This document shows positions 47,460 through 59,083 of a stretch of DNA of 64,000 nt, in pieces. The stretch spans positions 522 through 64,521 of the forward strand of contig CALWDY010000012.1 of the NCBI GenBank assembly GCA_944376825.1. Direction: 5' to 3'. A model generated the notes under the pieces. The model was given only the letters and a program-made list of their open reading frames with translations. It had not been told where the DNA came from and made no database searches. Origin of the DNA: an uncultured Clostridia bacterium (GTDB lineage: Bacteria > Bacillota > Clostridia > Christensenellales > UBA1242). The translations under genes were made by a program, and so were the position numbers. Each line of letters begins with the position of its first letter. The stretch's first letter is position 1.

Positions 47460-48064
47460 TAAACTTCCTTTTTTATTGAAAATCTGCAACCGCAATAGTT
47501 TTGTCTATATAGATCTATTTGTTTTGAAAGATCAATACTTCTTTTGTACCCATCGTGTTTTTTAAAATCGGAAAATAAAAATTCAACTTTTGTTTCTTCA
47601 CTTATTTCTTTGCCTATTTTGTTTATAATTTGTTCATTTTTATGAGAACTTACAGTGAGCGTTGTGCCAAAATATTCATATCCGTGTAATTTTGCATAAA
47701 GTGCCGTTTCTCTTAACCTTAACTTGAAGCACTCTTCACATCTTTTTCCGCCTTCTTTTTCACCTTCAAGCCCTTTTACTGTTTTTAAATAAATTTCTTC
47801 TTCGTATGTTGGCGAAACGATTTTTACATCACTAAAATAGTTTATAACTTTTTGCTGATTATACAACCTTTTTTCAAACTCTTCTTTTGGATAAATATTG
47901 GGATTATAATAAAATATTGTAACATCAAAAAACTGCTTTAATCTTTCTATGCATGCAGTTGAACAAGGTCCACAACAACTATGCAAAAGCAAAGTTTTTT
48001 TTGTGTCAAATTTATTGATTTGTTCTTGCATTAATTTATCATAATTAATTTTTTGAAATTGCAT
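47459..48064 (-). CDS. queH: Epoxyqueuosine reductase QueH (DUF208)
   Basis: LLLHSCCGPCST and YRQNYCGC are the conserved Cys clusters of the QueH family. Confidence 0.8.
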   Translation of the reverse strand: MQFQKINYDKLMQEQINKFDTKKTLLLHSCCGPCSTACIERLKQFFDVTIFYYNPNIYPKEEFEKRLYNQQKVINYFSDVKIVSPTYEEEIYLKTVKGLEGEKEGGKRCEECFKLRLRETALYAKLHGYEYFGTTLTVSSHKNEQIINKIGKEISEETKVEFLFSDFKKHDGYKRSIDLSKQIDLYRQNYCGCRFSIKKEV

Positions 48065-48518
48065 TATAGCAGTATCCTATATGCGAATATTTTTCACACA
48101 AATCTTCTAATGTTAAGTTTTTTTCATCTTTGTTTATGTTAAAATGAAAACTATAAAGTTTATTATTTTCAACAAAAAACAAATCAACCATATTTAAAAC
48201 AGGATTATAAACTGGTTTAAGAACACTTATGAACAAATCATCCTTTTTTTCCCAATAAAGTGGAAAAACCCCACATTCATCTTGTTCTTTTAAACTTAGT
48301 TGCAACTCTTGATAATCATTTTCCATTTCATCAATTTGACCATCATCATCGCCGTAACAATAAAGAGTTACTGCATTAAAAGCATTTTTTTCATTTGCTA
48401 TCAAAAAAGCCTCTTCAACCTTAGCATCTGGAAAATCTGCAATTCCATAAATTGAAAAATCTTTTTTATTTATTTCTGTCCATTCTTTTGGTGCTATAAA
48501 ATTAAATTCTTTACTCAT
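48045..48518 (-). CDS. Hypothetical protein
   Basis: 157-aa ORF, acidic, no recognisable motif. Confidence 0.45.
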   Translation of the reverse strand: MSKEFNFIAPKEWTEINKKDFSIYGIADFPDAKVEEAFLIANEKNAFNAVTLYCYGDDDGQIDEMENDYQELQLSLKEQDECGVFPLYWEKKDDLFISVLKPVYNPVLNMVDLFFVENNKLYSFHFNINKDEKNLTLEDLCEKYSHIGYCYNAISKN

Positions 48519-48635
48519 ATCTTTTGTTCCTTTTTTTTATTATAATAGAATTGTTAAAAAAAAACAAGCAAAACAAAAAAAAACACACCTAATTGTTTTC
48601 TTGATAAATATATTTGTATGTGTTAAACTAAAAAC

Positions 48636-49751
48636 ATGAAAAAGAAAAATATTAAAGCGAAAAATATAAAAAAACCATTCTTTTTGGCTTTTTTGCTTGT
48701 GTTATCATTTTGTTTAAGTGGTTGTTACTCCCCAGACAATCCAAGTGAAAATGTAAAGGGATATGATATATCCTCTTTTCAGGTTGTTTACAAAAATGAA
48801 ACAAATGAACAAGGCTTTCTTTTAGAAAATTTTGCAACAAATGTTTCTACCAAAATAAAAGAACAATTTAACAGCGAAAATATTGTTGTAAGCGACAATA
48901 TAACAGAAATTTTAAAAATTGTAACATACGAATTGGCTCTAAACAAAAATACAAGTGATTTTACAGTTTTAAACAACAATGAAAATTTAACAAATTATTT
49001 AACTTTACTTCAAGAAGAATACAAAAATAATGCGTTATATGTTGGACTTTCGCTTGAAAGCAAAAACACATTTTCTGCCTATGTGTTTGATAACATTATT
49101 ATAGACTCACAAAACAAACAAACAGACAAAGAAAAAATAGAAGCCATTGTCGATGAAGAATACACAAACAAACTTGAACCATGTTTAAATTCTACAATTG
49201 TTGGCACAAGCAACACAAATAGAAACATGTTTTTACTTTCCAACTCACAAGGTTTTTCTACAATACAAGAACAGCAATATCAATCAATTATTATTAACCC
49301 TAACAAATTTGGAAATTTTGTAACTCTGGTTTTTTCGTTACAGTGCAACTTTGATTTACAGTTAGAAGTTAAAATTGCATATCACAACTTAAAAAACAAT
49401 ACAAGCGAATATGATAGCAAGGTGTATAACATAAACAAAAGCACATCAACAAGTAGCATCATGACATATTATGAAACAAAAGAAGTTTCAAAATTGTCCA
49501 CTTTAAACAGCAATTTTGACAATGATATATTTAACAACAAAACAAATATAACAAACAACCAAAACAACACCAATTACTCGCTTGCAGATTATTATCCAAT
49601 TAACAATCAAGCAAACAATGTTTTATCAACATCATTAAACACTTCTATTTTGTCAACTGATTTTTGCCAAGAAGGGTTTATTGAGATAACATTTATACCC
49701 AACAAAAATGTACCTTTTAAATTTGGAATATCTGCTTTCGTTGTAGATTAA
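48636..49751 (+). CDS. Lipoprotein, N/T-rich, function unknown
   Basis: Signal peptide with lipobox FCLSGC (Cys at residue ~30). Confidence 0.7.
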   Translation: MKKKNIKAKNIKKPFFLAFLLVLSFCLSGCYSPDNPSENVKGYDISSFQVVYKNETNEQGFLLENFATNVSTKIKEQFNSENIVVSDNITEILKIVTYELALNKNTSDFTVLNNNENLTNYLTLLQEEYKNNALYVGLSLESKNTFSAYVFDNIIIDSQNKQTDKEKIEAIVDEEYTNKLEPCLNSTIVGTSNTNRNMFLLSNSQGFSTIQEQQYQSIIINPNKFGNFVTLVFSLQCNFDLQLEVKIAYHNLKNNTSEYDSKVYNINKSTSTSSIMTYYETKEVSKLSTLNSNFDNDIFNNKTNITNNQNNTNYSLADYYPINNQANNVLSTSLNTSILSTDFCQEGFIEITFIPNKNVPFKFGISAFVVD

Positions 49752-49806
49752 AATTAAATAATTTAAATTAAAAAAATTCAAGATATTTTAATCTTGAATT
49801 TTTTTA

Positions 49807-50388
49807 TTAATATGACTCTAACAAATCATATAATCCATCAAAATTGCATTGAACGGTTTGTTTATAATATGTTGTTCTGTTTATATTTGAACTATCAACG
49901 TATTTATAAACATAATAAACATAATTAACACCAAAACCATTGTCATTTGCAACATCAACATAAATTTCTTCATACTCTATAGTTTGTGAAGAGTTTGTTG
50001 GTGGATTGTATTCTTTGCCATTAAGCACGATTGTTTGTTTTGTGGCAAAAGATAGTTTTAAAGTGTATCCACTAAAAGATGGAAGACTTTGTGATGATTC
50101 TATTCTTGACTTACCAAACAATCTCCCTGAAAACAACGAAGACAACACGCTTTCTTCAAATGAACTATTAAACTCCTCTAAAACTTCGTTATATCTTTCT
50201 GTGTTGTGATCTTTGTCACAAGCAATATAAGAATCTGCATTTCCTGAAATTTGAGCTGTAAAGGCATATGGATTTTCTATTTCAGGACGATAACTTGTTT
50301 TAACAAAACAACAAACAATTGTTGACAGTACAAGCACCGCTACTAAACAATATGTTAATATAAGCCATCCTTTATTCTTTTTTGCCAT
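49807..50388 (-). CDS. Hypothetical N-terminally anchored extracytoplasmic protein
   Basis: [28 protein letters not shown] signal anchor. Overlaps the ftsH stop by 17 nt. Confidence 0.5.
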   Translation of the reverse strand: MAKKNKGWLILTYCLVAVLVLSTIVCCFVKTSYRPEIENPYAFTAQISGNADSYIACDKDHNTERYNEVLEEFNSSFEESVLSSLFSGRLFGKSRIESSQSLPSFSGYTLKLSFATKQTIVLNGKEYNPPTNSSQTIEYEEIYVDVANDNGFGVNYVYYVYKYVDSSNINRTTYYKQTVQCNFDGLYDLLESY

Positions 50389-52639
50389 CTTTTTTCTCCT
50401 TTTTTTCTTTTGCTACACTATTTTTTTGTTGTTTTAATTTTTTTTCTAATTGCTCGTTTTTTTCTTCGTCTTTTTCATCTTGAACATCACTTTGTTTTTT
50501 ATTTGGTTCTTCTTCTACTTTAAGTGATTTTATATCTTCTTCTTTTATATCGCTTGCATTGGACAAATCTTGATTTTCTTCTTCGTTTAGTTTTTTTATT
50601 GCCTTTTCTTTTTCTTTTAAAATTAAATCAAAATCTTTTTGAGATATTATGCCTTCTTTAAGATACATTTCCGCAGTTTTAACTCGCACTTCTATTTCTT
50701 TTATTTTTTTCTCTTTTTCGTTTGATTTGCGAATTTTTTCTTCTTCTTTTCTTCTTTTTTCCGTTTCTTCGTCCATATGCTTTATAATTTCTTCTTTGCT
50801 CTTGCCTTCCATAAGCATATCAACTTCTTCTTTATATATTGTATCTTTTTCAAGAAGCAACTCAGACATTTGTTTAACAAGTTCACTATTTTCCAACAAA
50901 ATTTTCTTTGCACGATTATAGTTATAATCTAAAATTTTCTTTACTTCCTTGTCTATTTCAAAAGCCGTTGTTTCGCTGTATTCATTTTTACTTTGATAGT
51001 TTCTTCCAACAAAAATTTCCTCTTCGCTGTTGAAACTCATAAAACCAAACTTGTCGCTCATTCCCCAAGTTGTAACCATTTTTCTTGCAAGTTCGGTTGC
51101 ACGCTTAATGTCATTTGACGCCCCCGTTGATATATCTTCCATAAAGAGTTCTTCGCTTAGTCTGCCACCCATCATCATTGCTATTGTGTCGTTCAATTTA
51201 AGTTTGCCCATATGATTATCATCGTTGTCTGGTCTGCTCATTGTGTATCCTGCTGCACCACCTCTTGGGATTATTGAAACTTCCTGAACTTCTTCGCAAT
51301 GCTCTAAAAGTTTTCCAATAATTGCATGACCACTTTCATGATATGCAGTAATTAATTTATCTTTTTCGGTTACAAGCAAACTCTTTTTTTGAGGTCCCAT
51401 TAAAACTTTGTTAATTCCTTCGGTTATGTCTTGCATAAGTATTTTTGGTCTATGGTTTCGTGCTGCAAGTATTGCCGCCTCATTTAACATGTTTTCAAGG
51501 TCTGCACCTGTGAATCCACTTGTAATTCTTGCAAGAGTTTGAAAGTCAACATCGCTTGATATAGGTTTGTTTTTTGCATGAATTCTTATAATACCTTCTC
51601 TACCCTTAACATCAGGAATATTAACATAGATTTGCCTATCAAATCTTCCCGGTCTAAGTAGTGCCGGATCAAGAACATCACTTCTATTTGTTGCAGCAAG
51701 CACAATTATTCCTTCATTTGCTTCAAACCCATCCATTTCAACAAGAAGTTGATTTAAAGTTTGTTCTCTTTCATCGTTGCCACCACCAAGACCAGCACCT
51801 CTTTGTCTACCAACTGCATCTATTTCATCTATAAACACAATGCATGGCTGTGCTTTCTTTGCTTGATCAAACAAATCTCTAACCCTACTTGCACCAACAC
51901 CAACAAACATTTCAACAAAATCACTTCCGCTTATTGACAAGAATGGCACATTACTTTCACCAGCAACTGCTCTTGCAAGAAGAGTTTTTCCCGTTCCCGG
52001 ATTTCCAACAAGGAGTACTCCTTTTGGTATTCTTGCCCCAAGTTCAGTAAACTTTTGTGGATTTTTTAAAAATTCAACAATTTCTTGAAGTTCTTCTTTT
52101 TCCTCTTCTGCGCCTGCAATATCGGAAAATCTAACTTTTATATTGCTTGTTATTCTAGCCTTATTCTTACCAAATTGCATTGCATTGGAATTTGATTTTG
52201 TAAACATCCTAAAAATCAAATAAATAGAAAGCAAGCCAAGTCCAATATATAAAAATGGCATAATTGTTTCAAACCAACTTGCCTCAACTGGTGGATTTGA
52301 CCATTTTATTTGAAGATCTTCGGCCTTGTCTTCGTTATATTTTTGAATTTCCAACAAAATTTGTTCCCAAGATTGTGATGTATATTTAAAGTATGCATCA
52401 GCCATGCTAGGAAACTTTGTTTTATCTTCCACAGCAGAATCTTTTAAAAGAACTCTTGCCTCGCCATTGTAAGCATATATTTCTTCAACTTTCCCCTCTT
52501 TTATCCATGTTATTGCTGTAGATGGTTCTATTTGCTCAATGCCCTTATTTATATCTACCATAGCAAACATAACAAACACAAACACAAGCATAATTAAAAA
52601 TAGATAAAATAGATTAAAGCCCTTTTTCTTTGTATTCAA
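50372..52639 (-). CDS. ftsH: ATP-dependent zinc metalloprotease FtsH with an extended K/E-rich C-terminal tail
   Basis: Two N-terminal TM helices, [11 protein letters not shown] Walker [10 protein letters not shown], the second region of homology and the HESGHAI zinc site. TTG start behind GGAGGTG. Confidence 0.95.
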   Translation of the reverse strand: MNTKKKGFNLFYLFLIMLVFVFVMFAMVDINKGIEQIEPSTAITWIKEGKVEEIYAYNGEARVLLKDSAVEDKTKFPSMADAYFKYTSQSWEQILLEIQKYNEDKAEDLQIKWSNPPVEASWFETIMPFLYIGLGLLSIYLIFRMFTKSNSNAMQFGKNKARITSNIKVRFSDIAGAEEEKEELQEIVEFLKNPQKFTELGARIPKGVLLVGNPGTGKTLLARAVAGESNVPFLSISGSDFVEMFVGVGASRVRDLFDQAKKAQPCIVFIDEIDAVGRQRGAGLGGGNDEREQTLNQLLVEMDGFEANEGIIVLAATNRSDVLDPALLRPGRFDRQIYVNIPDVKGREGIIRIHAKNKPISSDVDFQTLARITSGFTGADLENMLNEAAILAARNHRPKILMQDITEGINKVLMGPQKKSLLVTEKDKLITAYHESGHAIIGKLLEHCEEVQEVSIIPRGGAAGYTMSRPDNDDNHMGKLKLNDTIAMMMGGRLSEELFMEDISTGASNDIKRATELARKMVTTWGMSDKFGFMSFNSEEEIFVGRNYQSKNEYSETTAFEIDKEVKKILDYNYNRAKKILLENSELVKQMSELLLEKDTIYKEEVDMLMEGKSKEEIIKHMDEETEKRRKEEEKIRKSNEKEKKIKEIEVRVKTAEMYLKEGIISQKDFDLILKEKEKAIKKLNEEENQDLSNASDIKEEDIKSLKVEEEPNKKQSDVQDEKDEEKNEQLEKKLKQQKNSVAKEKKEKKDGKKE

Positions 52640-52855
52640 ATTTTACACCTCCGATTTATTGTGCAATCACATATTATATTAACATAAACATAAAATATTT
52701 TGCAACTAACTGTTTACAATATTTATGTGAAATTATGAACATAATTATAATTATAAAATAATTAATTATTTGTGCAACAATAATATTATATAAATATTTT
52801 AAAAAAACAAGGCATAAAACCTTGTATTTTTTTATAGTTTTTTGAATGTTTTTAT

Positions 52856-53737
52856 TTAATTTAATTTTTCAGCCACAAAAACACCATTTTTGACAATTAT
52901 CGATTTATTAAATTTTTTGTTTTTTATTTCGTTTACACACATACTCGCAAATTTTTTTGCATAAAGTTTTTCAATTTTTGTTGGCATTCCACCTCGTTGA
53001 AAATATCCAACAATACAAGTTCGAACATCCAAATCGAGTTTTTTTTCAATTTCTTGCTTTAAATATTTAATATCAATTAAATTTTCTCTTATAATTACAA
53101 TTGGAGCATCTTTTGTTTTAATTGTTTTTCTTAATGTTTCAACGCAACTATCCACACTGCAATTATTTGAAACATACAAATAATCTGCATTAACCATGTT
53201 TCCAACTGTAATAGCAATAGAAGGACATTTTCTTCCCATTGCTTCATAAATGCAAGTTCTATTAAAGGATTTCATTGTATCGTTTACTTGTTTTATAAAA
53301 TTTGCACAATTGTTGCATGCAGTATCAAATCCAATACAATATTCACTGTTTAAAACATCATTGTCAATGGTGCAAGGAATAAACATTATATTTATATTTC
53401 GTTTAAGAAGTTCTTTGGCGCCTTTTAAAGAACCATTTCCTCCCATAACTATTAAAACATCAATATTATTTTTTGATAAATTTTTAATTGCTTTTTCTAA
53501 ACCACCTGGTGTTTGAAACTGGGGACATCTTGAAGTTTTTATCATTATGCCCCCATCGTTTTTGTGATTTTTTATATATTTAAAGTCATAATTTAAAATA
53601 TCATTATTTATAAGTCCCATATAACCACGATTAAACAAAAACACATTGTTGTTTCTATAAATTTTTTTATAAATATTATACAAACAATAATTCATCCCAG
53701 CGCCATCTCCGCCACTTGCCAAAATCCCTATGTTCAT
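52856..53737 (-). CDS. pfkA: ATP-dependent 6-phosphofructokinase (short form)
   Basis: GILASGGDGAGMN, VMGGNGSLKGA, PCTIDNDV and GYFQRGG. Confidence 0.8.
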   Translation of the reverse strand: MNIGILASGGDGAGMNYCLYNIYKKIYRNNNVFLFNRGYMGLINNDILNYDFKYIKNHKNDGGIMIKTSRCPQFQTPGGLEKAIKNLSKNNIDVLIVMGGNGSLKGAKELLKRNINIMFIPCTIDNDVLNSEYCIGFDTACNNCANFIKQVNDTMKSFNRTCIYEAMGRKCPSIAITVGNMVNADYLYVSNNCSVDSCVETLRKTIKTKDAPIVIIRENLIDIKYLKQEIEKKLDLDVRTCIVGYFQRGGMPTKIEKLYAKKFASMCVNEIKNKKFNKSIIVKNGVFVAEKLN

Positions 53738-53745
53738 ACATTCTC

Positions 53746-56700
53746 CTAAATTAATATTACATTTCCTTCACCTAAAAGTCCAATAAGTTCGTTGATTAGG
53801 TGATTATTTCCATTTACTCTTTTAGAAAGTTTATATGCTTTGTTGTCGCTTGTACATCTTACACAAACAGGATAATTTCCTTTATATAAAGACAAAATTA
53901 AAATGACTTTATCGTTAAGTTTTTTATCTTTGGAATTATATTTTAAATATAAAGTTCTATCTTTATTTTCTTCTTGCTCTTGTTGTTCTTTCATTACAGA
54001 TATTCTCTCTACCATTATAATTGGTTCTCTTCCAACTCTATAAGAAAATTTACCATTAATCATTACAATGTTATCTTCTTCCAAAATGCTTTTATACTTA
54101 TCGTAAACATTAGGCGTAATCATGCAACTAAATGTTCCATACAAATCTTCAACATCAATAATAGCCATACTTTTGTTTGATGCTTTTGATATTATTCGCT
54201 TAAAGTTTGTAATAATTCCACCACATGTTACACGCATGCCATCAGTTAAGCCCTCATATACAACATCTTCAACGGCTTCTTCATCGCCATCTTCACCAAT
54301 GCCATCTTCGTCATTCTTTACAATCATATCCGCTCTAAAATTAAAATCGTTCCACATATTTGCAAAGTTTTGAAGTGGATGCCCAGACATATACACGCCA
54401 GTTATGTCTTTTTCAAATTTTAATTTTGTTTGTTTATTATACTCTTTAATTTTTGGATAATCTATTTTGTCTATGTCCTCAACTTCACTTTTAAAATTGT
54501 CAAAAAGAGAGAACTGCCCCGACTCTTTATTTTTTAAATCTCTGCTTACTTTTTCAATTGCTTGTTCATAAACAGCCATGAGTTGAGACCTATAAACATT
54601 AAAGCAATCAAACGCACCACTAAGTATTAAACTTTCCAAACTTTTTTTGTTTACAACACCCGTGTTATACAATCTTGATATAAAATCAAAAATGTCTTTA
54701 TATTCACCGTTTTTTTCTCGTTCCTTTATCATGGTGTCAATAGCACCAACACCTACACCTTTAAGCCCACTTAAACCATATCTTATTTTGCCATTTTCCA
54801 CGCTAAAATATGTTTTACTTTTGTTTATTGATGGTGGAAGAACTTCTATGTTTTCTTGTCTTGCATATGCCACATACTTTTTTATTTCATCGGCGTTTGT
54901 TATTCTGTTATTTATAATTGCCGTTAAAAATTCCACTTCATAATAACATTTAAGATATGCCGTTTGATATGTAAGCATTGCATATGCAGTTGCGTGAGAT
55001 TTGTTAAAAGCATATGAAGCAAAACTTTCCATATCGGCAAAAACTCTTTCTGCCACTTCTTTTGGCACACCAAGTTTAACGGCACCTGGAATTGAGTTTT
55101 TCCCTTTGGGATCTTTCCATCCATTTATAAATTTTTCTTTTTCGTATGCCATTTTGTCAACTTTCTTTTTGCCCATAATTCTTCTAACATTGTCCGCTTG
55201 TCCCAAATTATATCCGCCCATAATTTGAAAAACCTGCATAACTTGTTCTTGATAGACAATACAGCCATAAGTAACTTTTAATATGTCTTTAATACATTCA
55301 TGTGGGTATTCTACTTTATCAGGATTAAATTTGTTCCTAACATAAGTTGGAATGGAATCCATTGGTCCCGGACGATACAATGACACACCCGCTATAATAT
55401 CTTCAAGTCCCGATGGTTTTAATTCTTTCATAAATTTTTTAAATCCACCACTTTCCAATTGAAATATTGCTTCTGTATTTCCAGTTCCTATTAAATCATA
55501 AACATTTTTGTCATCATAACCAATTTTATCAAAGTCAATATTAACATTATAATCTTCTTTAACGTATTTTATTGCTTTATTTATATCTGTTAATGTTTTT
55601 AAACCTAAAAAGTCCATTTTTAAAAGTCCCAGCGATTCCAACTCCACCATATCGTATTGAGTTGTTATTTCTTCGCCGTTCCTAGATTGTGGAACAAACT
55701 CTTCAACCGGCTCGGGAGCAATTAAAACCCCGCATGCATGCATTGATGTGTTTCTTGGAAAACCTTCAAGTTTTATTGCTATGTCTATCACCCTTTTTAA
55801 ATCGGCATCTTGGTCATAAATTTCTTTTAATTCTGGAACTATATACTTATCATTTTCTTGCTTGCCAGTCTTGCCAAAATAATAAGCAAGAACAGGTGGT
55901 TTTTTTATTCCTTCCGGCAATCTTGATGGAATCAACTTTGTTATTTTATCAGTTTCGGCATAAGGAATTCTCAGCACCCTTCCAACATCTTTAATGGCAT
56001 TTTTGGCTTGCATTTTTCCAAAAGTTACTATATATGAAACATTTTCCGGATGATATTTTCTTTTAGCATATTCAATGACTTCTGTTCTTCTATCGAAATC
56101 AAAGTCTATGTCAAAGTCTGGCATCGAAACCCTTTCCTTGTTTATAAACCTTTCAAAAAACAGTGCATATTTAAGAGGATCAACTTTTGTTATTCCCATA
56201 AGATAGGCAACAATACTTCCAGCACCACTGCCTCTTCCGGGACCAACCGGGATGGAGTTGTTTTTTGCCCAATTTATATAATCCCACACAACCAAAAAGT
56301 ACTCAACAAATCCTTGGTCTTTTATGACTGATAATTCATATTCTATTCTATCCAACACCTCTTTGCTTGCATTGGGATATTTTTCATCCAAACTTCCGTA
56401 AGTAAGTTTTCGCATAAACTCATAAGCGGACAAACCATCAGGTGGCTCATATTTTGGTATAAAGTTTTCTGTTGCTGGCAAAACATATTTTTCTTCCAGC
56501 CCCATTTCGCCATGAACTTTTCTCCTTATTACAACATCACACTTGTCTGCAATTTCAAGCGTTGTTTTTAGTGCATCCTCATAGCCTACAAATGCCTCTT
56601 GCATTTCTTCGTATGTTTTATAATAAAATTCTTCTGTTGAAAATTTTAATCTATCTGGATCATCGAGCGTTTTTCCCATTTGAACGCACATTAAAACATC

Positions 56701-57345
56701 TTGAATTTCTGCATCTTCTTTTTTTATATAATGGCAGTCGTTTGTAGCCACCAGTTTAATGCCTGTTTCTTTGCTAATTTTATCTAGTCCAAGCAGAACT
56801 TCTTTTTCTTCTAAAATACCGTGATTTTGAATTTCCAAATAAAAGTCGCCGTCATCAAACATTGATTTTAATTTAAGTGCAAACTCTTTTGCATCTTCCA
56901 TTCGATGAGAAAGAATAAGTTTTGGCAAGTGCCCTGCAAGACATCCACTTAAACATATAAGCCCTTTGGAATGCTGGCTGAGCATTTTGTAATCTATTCT
57001 AGGCTTATAGTAATAACCATCAATAAAGGCAACAGAATTTAATTTTAGAAGATTTTTATAACCATCATTGTTTTTTGCAATAAGAATTAAATGTCCTATA
57101 TCTTGCTTCCCTTGTTTTAAATTCATGTCTTCGCACATATAAAACTCGCAACCAATAATTGGTTTTATACCTGCACCCAAACACGCCGTATAAAATTGCA
57201 GTGCACCATACATATTCCCATGGTCTGTTATTGCAACTGCTTTGTAGCCTCTATTTTTTGTTTCTTTTACAAGTTCTGTTATTTTTGCCGCCCCATCAAG
57301 CAAACTAAACTCTGTGTGATTATGTAAATGCACAAATTCTTCCAT
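53746..57345 (-). CDS. dnaE: DNA polymerase III alpha subunit (DnaE type)
   Basis: 1199 aa with N-terminal PHP FVHLHNHTEFSLLDGA, GPGRGSGAGS, the PDFDIDF catalytic aspartates, and a C-terminal OB-fold. Confidence 0.95.
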   Translation of the reverse strand: MEEFVHLHNHTEFSLLDGAAKITELVKETKNRGYKAVAITDHGNMYGALQFYTACLGAGIKPIIGCEFYMCEDMNLKQGKQDIGHLILIAKNNDGYKNLLKLNSVAFIDGYYYKPRIDYKMLSQHSKGLICLSGCLAGHLPKLILSHRMEDAKEFALKLKSMFDDGDFYLEIQNHGILEEKEVLLGLDKISKETGIKLVATNDCHYIKKEDAEIQDVLMCVQMGKTLDDPDRLKFSTEEFYYKTYEEMQEAFVGYEDALKTTLEIADKCDVVIRRKVHGEMGLEEKYVLPATENFIPKYEPPDGLSAYEFMRKLTYGSLDEKYPNASKEVLDRIEYELSVIKDQGFVEYFLVVWDYINWAKNNSIPVGPGRGSGAGSIVAYLMGITKVDPLKYALFFERFINKERVSMPDFDIDFDFDRRTEVIEYAKRKYHPENVSYIVTFGKMQAKNAIKDVGRVLRIPYAETDKITKLIPSRLPEGIKKPPVLAYYFGKTGKQENDKYIVPELKEIYDQDADLKRVIDIAIKLEGFPRNTSMHACGVLIAPEPVEEFVPQSRNGEEITTQYDMVELESLGLLKMDFLGLKTLTDINKAIKYVKEDYNVNIDFDKIGYDDKNVYDLIGTGNTEAIFQLESGGFKKFMKELKPSGLEDIIAGVSLYRPGPMDSIPTYVRNKFNPDKVEYPHECIKDILKVTYGCIVYQEQVMQVFQIMGGYNLGQADNVRRIMGKKKVDKMAYEKEKFINGWKDPKGKNSIPGAVKLGVPKEVAERVFADMESFASYAFNKSHATAYAMLTYQTAYLKCYYEVEFLTAIINNRITNADEIKKYVAYARQENIEVLPPSINKSKTYFSVENGKIRYGLSGLKGVGVGAIDTMIKEREKNGEYKDIFDFISRLYNTGVVNKKSLESLILSGAFDCFNVYRSQLMAVYEQAIEKVSRDLKNKESGQFSLFDNFKSEVEDIDKIDYPKIKEYNKQTKLKFEKDITGVYMSGHPLQNFANMWNDFNFRADMIVKNDEDGIGEDGDEEAVEDVVYEGLTDGMRVTCGGIITNFKRIISKASNKSMAIIDVEDLYGTFSCMITPNVYDKYKSILEEDNIVMINGKFSYRVGREPIIMVERISVMKEQQEQEENKDRTLYLKYNSKDKKLNDKVILILSLYKGNYPVCVRCTSDNKAYKLSKRVNGNNHLINELIGLLGEGNVILI

Positions 57346-57347
57346 TT

Positions 57348-58304
57348 TTACTCCTTTATTTTGTCTGCTATTTTTATAAGTTTATTAAGTCTATAATTTA
57401 AACCACTTTTTGTTATTGGAAAAGTTGCCAGTTTAACTAACTCATCCAAACTTTCTTCTGGATTTGCCATTCTAAGCAGTGCAACATTTTGCAAATCTTG
57501 CGAAAGACTTTCAAGCCCCATTTTAAAAACTATTAATGATATTGCATCATTTTGCTTTAAACTTGCATTTACTGTTTTGTTTATATTTGCATTAATACAA
57601 TTGGTTTGTCTATTAACTTTATTCCTTACTTCTCTAACCGCCATTTCGTTTTGAAGTGCCAAAACCCCATTATATGCACCAATTAGTGCCAAAATGTTGC
57701 TAACCTCGTTTGCATCTTTAACATATAAAATATACATTTTTTTACGATCTATTAATTTTGCATAGATTTCAAACTGCGTTAAAATTTGTTGTAGTCCAAT
57801 CAAAAAGTCTTTGTTTTTTGATGCAAATTCCAAATGATATCCTGTTGACATTCTGCTTTGATTGTTAATTTTTATGCTACTTGTGCCACAACCTATAAAC
57901 ACTCCCGACACAAAACTTTTTAAACAATGCTCTTCTTTTATCATATACTTATCAACAGTTAAGCATCTTATTAAATTTCCATTTTCAACTTTTGCACATC
58001 CAGTGTCAAGCAAAATTCTATCTGCAATATCTGTTGGAAAATTTATAACATAGTAGTCTTCTTTTTTTATTTGATATTTTTTGCAAAGTTTTGCATTTAC
58101 TTCTATTCCATAAAGATTTTTTATAATTGAATTTATAAAGCCAACAAGTTCAAACAAATCTGTATTTAAACTAATTTCAATTTTTCCATTTAAATTAATT
58201 TTCGCCGAAGAACTAAGTACTCCACTTAAAAAACTAAGGCCACAACAATCTTGTGTTATTGGCTTACTTAAAATTTCAATTTTTACATCTTTGGAAAAAC
58301 TCAA
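57348..58304 (-). CDS. whiA: DNA-binding protein WhiA
   Basis: MSFSKDVKIEILS N-terminus, degenerate LAGLIDADG-like middle region and a C-terminal HTH (SGLNYRLNKL). Confidence 0.85.
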   Translation of the reverse strand: MSFSKDVKIEILSKPITQDCCGLSFLSGVLSSSAKINLNGKIEISLNTDLFELVGFINSIIKNLYGIEVNAKLCKKYQIKKEDYYVINFPTDIADRILLDTGCAKVENGNLIRCLTVDKYMIKEEHCLKSFVSGVFIGCGTSSIKINNQSRMSTGYHLEFASKNKDFLIGLQQILTQFEIYAKLIDRKKMYILYVKDANEVSNILALIGAYNGVLALQNEMAVREVRNKVNRQTNCINANINKTVNASLKQNDAISLIVFKMGLESLSQDLQNVALLRMANPEESLDELVKLATFPITKSGLNYRLNKLIKIADKIKE

Positions 58305-59083
58305 CTTTCCAACTCCTTTTGTTGAATTTGACTTTTAAAATATATTTTTTTCCCCATATTTGCAATTTGTTCATAAGATATTGAATTCTTAATTGCAAAA
58401 TTTACAGGCTTGTTTATACTGCCAACTTTCTTAGCACTATGGGCATCAGAAGAAATTACAAATTTTGCATCGATTTTTTTAATATCTTCAATATCTTTGG
58501 CTTTGTAGGCAATTCTTTTGCCGTTTATTTCAAGCAATGTGCCTGTTTTTTTTGCATGACTTGCAACTTTATCAAAATATATAGGCATATTAACACCTGG
58601 ATGAGAAATTATATCAATTGGATACTTGTCCATTGCTTTTAAAAGTGCAAGCGTATTTCTTTGATAGTCTTTTTTTCTTTTAAAGCCTAATAGATTTGGC
58701 AAAAAAAACTTAAACCATTCTTTAATGGATTTTGCTTTTGCAAAACTATGAAAGCCCACAATAATTAAGTCGAATTGTTTTATATCTTCATCTGTCAAAT
58801 CAACATCCCCTTCGCTTGATATTATGTTTGCCTCTATTCCCAAAAGTATGTTTATGCCAGTTTTGATTTTTGCATCTTCAATTTCGGATAGCATTTTTTT
58901 TATGTTCTTTCTTTGAAGTCCATAAAGTTTATGAGAAAAACCATGATCTGTTATTGCAATCTCACTTAACCCTTTTTGTTTTGCATACATTGCATTTTCT
59001 AGTATTGTGCCAGTTGCATGCTTTCTTTTATGTTTTCCACTACTATATATTGTGTGAGTGTGATAATCACCATAAATTACCAT
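58301..59083 (-). CDS. PHP-family phosphoesterase (histidinol-phosphatase-like)
   Basis: GDYHTHTIYS, ITDHGF, the GFHS/ISHPG metal ligands and SSDAH. Confidence 0.7.
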   Translation of the reverse strand: MVIYGDYHTHTIYSSGKHKRKHATGTILENAMYAKQKGLSEIAITDHGFSHKLYGLQRKNIKKMLSEIEDAKIKTGINILLGIEANIISSEGDVDLTDEDIKQFDLIIVGFHSFAKAKSIKEWFKFFLPNLLGFKRKKDYQRNTLALLKAMDKYPIDIISHPGVNMPIYFDKVASHAKKTGTLLEINGKRIAYKAKDIEDIKKIDAKFVISSDAHSAKKVGSINKPVNFAIKNSISYEQIANMGKKIYFKSQIQQKELES

